IMG/VR virus record: IMGVR_UViG_3300007778_000031
Span: 1-25,027 of that record
DNA from: a virus
Lineage: Duplodnaviria; Caudoviricetes
DNA: 25,027 nt
Strand: one strand, 5' to 3'
In this document: one piece after another, positions 17,497 to 25,027 of the stretch
Position numbering within the stretch: position 1 is the stretch's first letter
How the letters are laid out: every line of letters begins with the position of its first letter
The notes under the pieces: generated by a model
Seen by the model: the letters and a program-made list of their open reading frames with translations, nothing else
What the model was told of the DNA's origin: nothing
Database searches by the model: none
Program-made: the position numbers and the translations under genes

Positions 17497-19075
17497 CAGT
17501 TACCTTGGTAATCCTAATGTCAAGCGTGATGGTGTTGTAACCAATTTTACTAAAGAACAGGTCCAAGAATATGCTAGATGCATGAAGGACCCTTCTTATT
17601 TTGCCCGTAACTATCTTCGTGTAATTCACCTTGATAAAGGTTTAGTGCCATTTGATCTTTATCCATATCAGGAGAGAATGTTTGAACATTTTGAACAAAA
17701 CCGATTTAGTATCGTTCTGGCTTGTCGACAATCTGGTAAGTCTATTAGTTCTGTTGCTTATCTACTTTGGTATGCGTTATTTCACTCAGAGAAAACAATA
17801 GCGGTACTTGCCAACAAAGGGGCAACTGCTCGTGAAATGTTGGCACGTATTACACTCATGCTTGAGAATCTTCCATTCTTTTTACAACCCGGTTGTAAGG
17901 CACTCAATAAAGGTTCAATAGAATTTGCGAATAATTCTCGTATTATTGCCGCGGCAACCTCTGGGTCTTCCATCCGTGGTTTGTCCATAAACTTACTATT
18001 CCTTGATGAGTTTGCATTTGTTGAAAATGATGTTGAGTTCTATACTTCAACATATCCGGTAGTTTCTTCAGGTAAGTCATCTCGTGTTATTATTACATCA
18101 ACGGCTAATGGTTTGGGTAATACGTTCCATAAGATATGGGAGGGTGCTGTACAAAAGACAAATTCGTATGCACCATTCCGAGTTGATTGGTGGGATGTAC
18201 CAGGTCGAGATGAAGAATGGAAACGCCAAACAATTGAGAATACTTCAGAACTTCAATTCCAACAAGAATTTGGTAATACATTCCATGGTAATGGCACTAC
18301 ATTAATTTCAGGCGATAAACTTCTATCTCTTCGAGCAGAGGTCCCTACTTATACTCAGGGATCAATTAAAGTTTATGAGAAACCAGACCCTAATCACAAT
18401 TACATGATTTTTGTAGATGTGGCGAAAGGCCGGGGTATGGACTATTCTACATTTAATATCATTGACGTATCAACCAAACCATTTAAGCAGGTTTGTACAT
18501 ATCGAGATAATATGATCTCACCTTTATTGCTACCAGATATAATCTATAAGTACGCAAAAACTTATAACGAAGCATATGTTATAGTTGAGTCAAATGACCA
18601 AGGTGGGGTTGTATGTAATGGTCTTTATTATGAATTAGAATATGAAAATTTATTCGTCGAGTCAACAGTTAAAGCAAATTCACTTGGCGTTATGATGAAT
18701 AAAAAGGTTAAGCGAATAGGTTGTTCTAACTTAAAAGATCTTATCGAAGGTGATAAATTGGAAATTGTTGACCATGAGACAATAGTCGAATTATCAACAT
18801 TTGAAGCTCATGGTTCATCTTTTGAAGCGACTAGAGGTAATCATGATGATTTGGTTATGAATCTAGTTCTATTCGCATGGTTTACAACCAATCCTTTCTT
18901 TACAGAATTAACTGATATTAATGTGAGAGAAATGATCCACTCTGAAAATCTTCAAATGTTAGAGGATCAGATGATACCATTTGGATTTATTGAAGATTAT
19001 ACTGATGAAATAGTACCTGGAGCACCAGAAGAAATTGTATGGGATGGTACTGTGGGTGGTGGTAATATTTGGTAG
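17477..19075 (+). CDS. g17: Terminase large subunit gp17
   Basis: YLGNPN, Walker A RQSGKS, Walker B LLFLDEFAF, STANG, nuclease DVAKGRGMDYS and HDDLVM. ATG at 17477 is preferred over TTG at 17468. Confidence 0.97.
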   Translation: MSQNQTDSYLGNPNVKRDGVVTNFTKEQVQEYARCMKDPSYFARNYLRVIHLDKGLVPFDLYPYQERMFEHFEQNRFSIVLACRQSGKSISSVAYLLWYALFHSEKTIAVLANKGATAREMLARITLMLENLPFFLQPGCKALNKGSIEFANNSRIIAAATSGSSIRGLSINLLFLDEFAFVENDVEFYTSTYPVVSSGKSSRVIITSTANGLGNTFHKIWEGAVQKTNSYAPFRVDWWDVPGRDEEWKRQTIENTSELQFQQEFGNTFHGNGTTLISGDKLLSLRAEVPTYTQGSIKVYEKPDPNHNYMIFVDVAKGRGMDYSTFNIIDVSTKPFKQVCTYRDNMISPLLLPDIIYKYAKTYNEAYVIVESNDQGGVVCNGLYYELEYENLFVESTVKANSLGVMMNKKVKRIGCSNLKDLIEGDKLEIVDHETIVELSTFEAHGSSFEATRGNHDDLVMNLVLFAWFTTNPFFTELTDINVREMIHSENLQMLEDQMIPFGFIEDYTDEIVPGAPEEIVWDGTVGGGNIW

Positions 19076-19087
19076 AGTTTCATAATT

Positions 19088-19095
19088 TATAAATA
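19088..19095 (+). promoter_or_regulatory. T4-type late promoter TATAAATA
   Basis: Exact consensus upstream of g18. Confidence 0.8.
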
Positions 19096-19162
19096 TATGT
19101 AATTGAGAAATATTCTACCGTATTATGACAATCTTAAAATTATTTCATTGAGGAATCCAAAT

Positions 19163-20932
19163 ATGGCATTTCAGTTATCACCCGGTGTGGTCGTTAAAGA
19201 AATCGACCTCACTAATGTAATTCCTGCCGTATCATCGTCTATCGGTGCTATGGTTGGTTCATTTAGTCAAGGACCAGTAGAAGAAATCGTAAGTGTTTCT
19301 TCTGAAACCGAATTTGTTAATATCTTCGGCAAACCAACAATCAGTAACTATACTGCTTATTTTCAAGCAGCATCTTTCCTACAGTACGGCCGTACACTTC
19401 GAGTAGTTCGTGCATCATCTGGTCAGCTTAATGCTGCTAGCATTAGTGCAAAATTAATTAGTAGTGTCGATGCTTGGGAAAATAAAATCACAGAAGCAGA
19501 CAAAACTGCCGCCGGATACTGGGCAGCTCGTGTTCCTGGTGTCTACGGTAATTCACTTTCAGTAGGCATATGTACAGCATCAACTGATAATGTTGCATTC
19601 TATGGTGAATTTGATGGTACAAACACCATCGCCGATCCTTGGGATCATGCATCTGAATTTGCTCAGCCACCTACAACAAGCCCATATGCTGAAAAGCGTG
19701 GTGGTGCGAATGATGAAATTCACATCGTAGTAGTGGACACTGATGGTAAAATTTCTGGTGAGGCTGGTACAGTTCTAGAGAAATTTGCACACCTATCTGT
19801 AGCTGAAGATGCAAAAACAACTGATGGTTCTACTAACTATTGGTATGATGTTGTTGGTAGAGAATCAAAATACATCTATCCTATGACTAATATCATTTCT
19901 GATATGGTTGAAGCTGATCCAATTGAATATGCTGAAGACCCTGGATTCCTCGCTGAAGTAAAATTTGCAAATATTGCCGGTGCCCCACTATACTATAATT
20001 CTGAAGATCAGGTATTAACTGGTGGTAGTGATGGTGATGCAACAGTAGGTTCAGATGACATTGTAAACGCAATGGAATTATTTGCCGATACTGAATTAGT
20101 TGATATTAATCTTCTTATCTGTCCTGTTGATGACGATGAAGATGACGAAAAAACATTTGCAACAAAAGCAATTCAAATTGCCGAAGCTCGTAAAGATTGT
20201 GTTGCATTTATTTCACCACCAGTTGGTAAAACAGTTGGTGCATCAACACCTACTGAGGATGTAATTGCTTACTTTAGTACTCTTGCATCTACTTCATACG
20301 CAATGTCTGATTCAACTGCAGTTAAAATGTATGACAAGTACAATGATGTTTACCGTTGGGTTCCTGCAAATGGTCACGTTGCTGGTCTATGTGCATACAC
20401 TGATTCTGCTGCTGATGCTTGGTGGTCTCCTGCTGGTTTCAACCGTGGTCAACTTTTAGGTGTTAGCAAAATTGCTTTCAATCCTACTGGATCACAGCGT
20501 GATGATCTTTACCAGAACCGTGTTAACCCAATTGCCTCTTTCCCAGGTGAAGGTACTATCCTTTACGGTGATAAGACAATGTTGGCTCGTCCTTCTGCAT
20601 TCGATCGCATTAACGTACGTCGTCTATTCATCCTTCTTGAGAAAGCAATTGCTACTGCTGCTAAGTACCAGTTGTTTGAATTCAACGATGAATTTACTCG
20701 TGCCCAATTCAAAAATATGGTTGAACCGTTCCTACGCGATGTCAAAGGTCGCCGTGGTGTAACCGATTTCTTGGTTGTGTGTGACGAAACTAACAATACC
20801 GGACAGGTTATTGATACCAACAACTTTGTTGCTGATATCTACATCAAACCTGCTCGTTCTATTAACTTTATTACATTGAACTTCATCGCTACTCGTACCG
20901 ATGTTGAGTTCTCTGAAATTGTTGGACAGTAA
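19163..20932 (+). CDS. g18: Tail sheath protein gp18
   Basis: MAFQLSPGVVVKEIDLT after a GAGGA SD; WWSPAGFNRG, FDRINVRRLF, YIKPARSINFITLNF. Confidence 0.97.
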   Translation: MAFQLSPGVVVKEIDLTNVIPAVSSSIGAMVGSFSQGPVEEIVSVSSETEFVNIFGKPTISNYTAYFQAASFLQYGRTLRVVRASSGQLNAASISAKLISSVDAWENKITEADKTAAGYWAARVPGVYGNSLSVGICTASTDNVAFYGEFDGTNTIADPWDHASEFAQPPTTSPYAEKRGGANDEIHIVVVDTDGKISGEAGTVLEKFAHLSVAEDAKTTDGSTNYWYDVVGRESKYIYPMTNIISDMVEADPIEYAEDPGFLAEVKFANIAGAPLYYNSEDQVLTGGSDGDATVGSDDIVNAMELFADTELVDINLLICPVDDDEDDEKTFATKAIQIAEARKDCVAFISPPVGKTVGASTPTEDVIAYFSTLASTSYAMSDSTAVKMYDKYNDVYRWVPANGHVAGLCAYTDSAADAWWSPAGFNRGQLLGVSKIAFNPTGSQRDDLYQNRVNPIASFPGEGTILYGDKTMLARPSAFDRINVRRLFILLEKAIATAAKYQLFEFNDEFTRAQFKNMVEPFLRDVKGRRGVTDFLVVCDETNNTGQVIDTNNFVADIYIKPARSINFITLNFIATRTDVEFSEIVGQ

Positions 20933-20944
20933 TAGGAGCATATA

Positions 20945-21472
20945 ATGGCAATTTTAGGTGTTGATGACTTTAAATCAAAACTCACAGGTGGTGGTGCTCG
21001 TGCAAACTTGTTCCGTGTTACCTGTAACTTCCCTGGTTATGCAGGTGGTGATTCAGAACTAGCTTCTTTCCTTATCAAAGGTGCTCAGCTTCCTGCTTCA
21101 ACTGTATCTCCAATTACTATACCGTTCCGTGGTCGTCAGTTACAAGTACCTGGCGATCGTACTTTCGAACCATGGTCAATTAATATCATTAATGATGTAA
21201 ACATGACTGTTCGCAATGCATTCGAACGTTGGATGAACGGTATCAATCAGCATAATGCTAACACTGGTCTTTCAAATCCGAATGACTATTCTGCTGATAT
21301 GACTGTTGAACAGCTTAACAAAGAAGGTGAGGTTGTGAAATCTTACACTTTCCGTGGTTGCTGGCCATCAAATATATCTGCAATTGATGTTAGCTATGAC
21401 GCTGAAAACACTATTGAAGAGTTTCAGGTTGAACTCCAGGTTCAGTACTGGGAATCAGATACCACTTCTTAA
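20945..21472 (+). CDS. g19: Tail tube protein gp19
   Basis: GGARANLF, FRGRQLQVPGDRTFEPW, WPSNISAI, IEEFQV. Confidence 0.96.
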   Translation: MAILGVDDFKSKLTGGGARANLFRVTCNFPGYAGGDSELASFLIKGAQLPASTVSPITIPFRGRQLQVPGDRTFEPWSINIINDVNMTVRNAFERWMNGINQHNANTGLSNPNDYSADMTVEQLNKEGEVVKSYTFRGCWPSNISAIDVSYDAENTIEEFQVELQVQYWESDTTS

Positions 21473-21477
21473 TAGTG

Positions 21478-21485
21478 TATAAATA
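21478..21485 (+). promoter_or_regulatory. T4-type late promoter TATAAATA
   Basis: Exact consensus between g19 and g20. Confidence 0.8.
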
Positions 21486-21494
21486 ATAGAAAGC

Positions 21495-21525
21495 GAAAAG
21501 GGGAGGTTTGTCCTCCCCACTTTCT
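21495..21525 (+). terminator. GC-rich hairpin (terminator- or stabiliser-like)
   Basis: GGGGAGG-TTTGT-CCTCCCC at 21500-21518, followed by ACTTTCT (weak U tract). Confidence 0.55.
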
Positions 21526-21541
21526 ATAAAGAGGTTTATAA

Positions 21542-23050
21542 ATGGCAGACGGAATTAACTTATTTGGCTTTGAAATAAAGCGCAAAAATCAGGAAAAGGA
21601 AGAAGCAAAGAAAGTTTCATTTGTTCCTAGTACTAATAATGATGGTGGTTATGTTGTCGATGCAGGTGGTCATTATGGGTCATTTGTCGACATGGAAGGT
21701 GGACGCGCTAAAAATGAACGTGAACTTATTCTTAAGTATCGCGACATTGCTCAGCAAGCCGAATGTGATGCTGCCATTGAAGATATTGTCTCAGAAGCAA
21801 TTGTATCAGATGAAGACTCTGCTCCTGTTGACATCATAATGGATGATCTTGACCAACCAGATCGTGTCAAGAATATTATCCGAGAAGAATTTGAATATAT
21901 TGTGCAATTGCTGAACCTTAATTGGAATGCTCATGATATATTCCGTCGTTGGTATATTGATGGACGTTTATTCTATCATAAGATTATTGACGATAAAAAT
22001 CCTAAAAATGGTTTACTTGAATTACGTGCAATTGATTCTACTCAAATCCGAAAAGTAAAAGAACTTATAAAGGATAAGGATCCCAAAACTGGTGCTGAAA
22101 TTGTAACAGGTCACAAAGAATACTATATCTACGAAAAGCAAGGTATTGGTGGCAATGGTATTGCTTCAGGTACTGGTTTGAAAATTGCTTCAGATGCAAT
22201 CTGTCATGTAACTTCAGGATTACTTGATCCTTCACGCACTCAGGTATTATCACATCTACATAAAGCAGTTAAAGCAGTAAACCAATTACGAATGATGGAA
22301 GATTCATTGGTAATTTACCGATTAGCTCGTGCTCCAGAACGCCGTATTTTCTATATTGATGTGGGTAACCTACCAAAAGGTAAGGCAGAAGAATATCTAC
22401 GCAATATTATGGCACGTTACCGTAATAAAATGGTATATGATGCTAATACTGGTGATCTTAAAGATGACAAGAAACACATGTCAATGCTTGAAGATTTTTG
22501 GTTGCCACGTCGTGAGGGTGGTCGAGGTACTGAAATTTCTACTCTGCCAGGTGGTGAAAACCTAGGTCAGATTGATGACATTATGTACTTCCAGAAAAAG
22601 CTTTATAAATCATTGAATGTACCTATTTCACGTTTGGATCCTGAACAACAGGCCATGGTTTCACTAGGCCGTGCACAGGAAACGACTCGTGATGAACTTA
22701 AGTTCCAGAAATTCATTGATCGTTTACGTAAGAAGTTCTCAGCATTATTCATTGATCTACTCAAAACACAACTAATCCTAAAAGGGATTGTTACTGAAGA
22801 TGAGTGGAATGATATTTCACAGAATATTACAATTGATTTCTTAAAAGACTCACACTTCTCTGAAATGAAAAATTCTGAGTTGTTGCGTGAACGTATTGCA
22901 ACACTTCGTGAAATTGATGAGTATGTTGGACGTTATTACTCTGTTGAGTGGGTTCGTAAGAATATTCTTATGCAAACAGATGACGATATTGACAATATTG
23001 TTAAGCAGATTGAAGATGAAGGATCTGCTGTTGATGATGAAGAAGTATAA
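21542..23050 (+). CDS. g20: Portal protein gp20
   Basis: FRRWYIDGR, IYRLARAPERRIFYIDVGNLPK, EDFWLPRREGGRGTEI, RDELKF. Confidence 0.98.
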   Translation: MADGINLFGFEIKRKNQEKEEAKKVSFVPSTNNDGGYVVDAGGHYGSFVDMEGGRAKNERELILKYRDIAQQAECDAAIEDIVSEAIVSDEDSAPVDIIMDDLDQPDRVKNIIREEFEYIVQLLNLNWNAHDIFRRWYIDGRLFYHKIIDDKNPKNGLLELRAIDSTQIRKVKELIKDKDPKTGAEIVTGHKEYYIYEKQGIGGNGIASGTGLKIASDAICHVTSGLLDPSRTQVLSHLHKAVKAVNQLRMMEDSLVIYRLARAPERRIFYIDVGNLPKGKAEEYLRNIMARYRNKMVYDANTGDLKDDKKHMSMLEDFWLPRREGGRGTEISTLPGGENLGQIDDIMYFQKKLYKSLNVPISRLDPEQQAMVSLGRAQETTRDELKFQKFIDRLRKKFSALFIDLLKTQLILKGIVTEDEWNDISQNITIDFLKDSHFSEMKNSELLRERIATLREIDEYVGRYYSVEWVRKNILMQTDDDIDNIVKQIEDEGSAVDDEEV

Positions 23051-23053
23051 ATA
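23046..23053 (+). promoter_or_regulatory. T4-type late promoter TATAAATA
   Basis: Exact consensus overlapping the g20 stop codon. Confidence 0.75.
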
Positions 23054-23082
23054 TAATTACAATTAATTAAACGGATACTATT

Positions 23083-23301
23083 ATGGCTTGGTTACCTATA
23101 CCAAATAACAGTTATTGGGAATATGATGATGCACCGGCAGACCCTGGTGTAGATAGCCCATATCGTACTTTATGGTTAGAACAAGTCAATGGTATCCGAA
23201 ATGAAGGTTATCACGAAGTTTATGTGAAGTGCCGTCTTGTTGGTTCTACCGTTGACACAATGGGAGAAATAAGCAAAACATATTGGGATAATAGGAGTTA
23301 A
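23083..23301 (+). CDS. Hypothetical 72-aa Trp-rich protein
   Basis: Fills the gap after a late promoter; 4 Trp; ends 2 nt before the next ATG. Confidence 0.65.
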   Translation: MAWLPIPNNSYWEYDDAPADPGVDSPYRTLWLEQVNGIRNEGYHEVYVKCRLVGSTVDTMGEISKTYWDNRS

Positions 23302-23303
23302 TT

Positions 23304-23477
23304 ATGTCAGTTGGAAATTTTATTGATGCATTGGCATCAGGTGATAAACTAGGTGCGGAAGAAGCATTTGGTGCGGAAATGCAGTCTCGTATGGCTGATG
23401 CATTAGATGCAAAACGAATGGAAATTGGTCAGTCAATCTACGGTGGAACTGATACAATCGAAATAGAAGAAGAGTAA
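23304..23477 (+). CDS. g67: Prohead core protein gp67-like (57 aa; absent from the ORF track)
   Basis: Hand translation MSVGNFIDALASGDKLGAEEAFGAEMQSRMADALDAKRMEIGQSIYGGTDTIEIEEE; AGGAG SD; resembles the T4 gp67 pattern (LIEAI.S.D...A...F...M..R) with an acidic tail; located between g20 and g21. Confidence 0.8.
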   Translation: MSVGNFIDALASGDKLGAEEAFGAEMQSRMADALDAKRMEIGQSIYGGTDTIEIEEE

Positions 23478-23482
23478 TAAAT

Positions 23483-24130
23483 ATGAAACTCATTACCGAA
23501 CACGTTGACCAGCAACTCGAGTACATTACCGAAGCTAGAGAAGATGGCAAAAAGACCATGTACATCGAAGGCATATTTATGCAATCTGAGATGAAAAACC
23601 GTAATGGTCGCATCTACCCCAAAAAGGTAATGGAAGCTGCGGTTGATAAATATGTCAAGGAGCAAGTTAAGACAGGTCGAGCTGTTGGTGAACTTAACCA
23701 CCCACAAGGTCCTACAATTAATCTAGATAAAGTATCACATCTCATTACCGAACTTAAATGGGATGGCAATGATATCTTGGGTAAAGCTAAGATACTTGAT
23801 ACTCCTATGGGTAAAATTGCTCAAGGTCTAATGGAAGGTGGAGTGCAACTCGGTGTGTCATCTCGTGGCATGGGTTCACTTATTCAACGTGAAGGTAAGA
23901 ATTTTGTTGGAGAAGATTTCCAACTTGCAACTGTCGACATTGTTCAAGATCCATCAGCACACAATGCCTTTGTAAATGGTATTATGGAAGGTGCTGAATG
24001 GGTTTACGATGCTCTATCTGATTCTTGGGTGAAACAAGAAATGATGGAACAAGTTGTAAAACAGGTACATAAGAAACAGATTGATGAAGCTGCGGCAATC
24101 CGTGAATTCAAGAATCTGCTTTTTAAGTAG
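23483..24130 (+). CDS. g21: Prohead protease gp21
   Basis: MKLITE, YIEGIFMQ, NRNGRIYP, GELNHP, TPMG, GVSSRGMGS, DIVQDPSA. Confidence 0.97.
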   Translation: MKLITEHVDQQLEYITEAREDGKKTMYIEGIFMQSEMKNRNGRIYPKKVMEAAVDKYVKEQVKTGRAVGELNHPQGPTINLDKVSHLITELKWDGNDILGKAKILDTPMGKIAQGLMEGGVQLGVSSRGMGSLIQREGKNFVGEDFQLATVDIVQDPSAHNAFVNGIMEGAEWVYDALSDSWVKQEMMEQVVKQVHKKQIDEAAAIREFKNLLFK

Positions 24131-24147
24131 TTTGAAATATAAATTGT

Positions 24148-24155
24148 TATAAATA
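24148..24155 (+). promoter_or_regulatory. T4-type late promoter TATAAATA
   Basis: Exact consensus upstream of g22. Confidence 0.8.
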
Positions 24156-24268
24156 AACATACAGAGTAATTGATATACTCTTTTTATTATGGGTGGTTTG
24201 ATTAAGTGGGACTGAAATTGCAATTGGTAGTTTCCTCCTCAATACTTTAACTCAATAGGAGTATTATA

Positions 24269-25027
24269 ATGTCAATTGAAAAAGAACTCCATGATGAACT
24301 CGTTGAGGCTGTTGAAGTTACTGACGAGGAACTTATGGAAAAAGCTGAGCCTAAAGGTGATGGTGCAGGCGATGTTGATGACGTAGCTAAAGATTCTAAG
24401 AAAGCTGCCGATGAAACTACTGCTGCTGTAAAAAAATCAGCACCTAAGAAAGCTGCAGATAACAAAGCGGGTGGCGGTGAGCCAATGGAAAAACTTAAAG
24501 AAGAAGCTGAAGAAGTTGAAGAATCTTTCAAAGAAGATTTGGATGCTCTTGTTGAATCTGAAGCTACTCTTTCTGAAGGTTTCCGTTCTAAAGCTGGTCT
24601 AATCTTTGAAGCTGCACTTAGTGCAAAAGTAAAATCAGAAGTAGCTCGTCTAGAGGAATCTTATGAAGAGCGTCTTTCTGAAGAAGTTACTTCAATCCGT
24701 TCTGAACTTGAAGAACAGGTTGATGGTTACTTAAACTACGTTGTTGAGTCTTGGATGGAAGAAAACAAACTAGCAGTTGAAACTGGCATCCGTGCTGAAA
24801 TTGCTGAATCTTTCATTACTTCACTCAAAGATGTATTTGCTGAGCATTACGTTGAAGTACCAGAAGGTAAGACTGATCTTGTTGAAGAATTGGCTGCTAA
24901 AGTTGAAACTCTCGAAGAGAAATACAACGATGCAATCGATCGCAACATTGAACTCAATGAAGAAGTTGATGCGTTAACTCGTGAAAAACTAATTGTTGAA
25001 GCTTCAGAAGGTCTATCAGTTGCACAG
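24269..25027 (+). CDS. g22: Prohead core scaffold gp22 (3'-truncated; absent from the ORF track)
   Basis: ATG after an AGGAG SD; MSIEKELHDEL...; IFEAA, VDGYLNYVVESWMEENKLAVETGIRAEIAESF; acidic coiled coil open to the end of the window. Confidence 0.93.
   Translation, partial: MSIEKELHDELVEAVEVTDEELMEKAEPKGDGAGDVDDVAKDSKKAADETTAAVKKSAPKKAADNKAGGGEPMEKLKEEAEEVEESFKEDLDALVESEATLSEGFRSKAGLIFEAALSAKVKSEVARLEESYEERLSEEVTSIRSELEEQVDGYLNYVVESWMEENKLAVETGIRAEIAESFITSLKDVFAEHYVEVPEGKTDLVEELAAKVETLEEKYNDAIDRNIELNEEVDALTREKLIVEASEGLSVAQ

Noticed and set aside
18652-18682. VESTVKANS in gp17 resembling the GcvH lipoylation motif
   Set aside because: Lies within the terminase nuclease domain with an extra residue; probably chance.
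19103-19162. 20-aa N-terminal extension of gp18
   Set aside because: The TTG has no SD, while ATG 19163 has GAGGA and gives the canonical gp18 N-terminus.
17477-23050. Introns, inteins or homing endonucleases in g17-g20
   Set aside because: The genes are continuous, of ordinary length, and lack splicing or endonuclease motifs.
2072-24977. Short antisense and alternate-frame ORFs in the track (e.g. 4064-4402, 12330-12683, 23320-23613, 24247-24531, 24777-24977)
   Set aside because: They are shadows of well-supported plus-strand genes and carry no recognisable motifs.

Overview
AT-rich, all plus-strand late (virion) region of a T4-like myovirus. The right half (14.5-25 kb) is the canonical core block g13-g14-g15-g16-g17-g18-g19-g20-(orphan ORF)-g67-g21-g22(partial). 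Seven perfect TATAAATA late-promoter boxes sit at gene boundaries across the window. The left half (1-14.5 kb) is an accessory island directly upstream of g13. It holds: (i) a 5'-truncated Thr/Asn-rich tandem-repeat protein followed by four tightly packed sugar-modifying genes (GT-B of capsule-synthesis type, GT29-like, SAM methyltransferase, GT8-like); (ii) a tail fibre with an S74 intramolecular chaperone and a 964-aa mosaic adhesin-like protein (dockerin-like loop, permuted MAM-like domain, beta-propeller); (iii) a late operon of three paralogous beta-propeller proteins ending in two tandem, divergent LipB-like acyltransferases. The best candidate for a new system is a phage-encoded virion-decoration toolkit: glycosylation of a repeat filament, plus LipB-like acylation. 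All calls come from motif recognition by eye; no database search was run.
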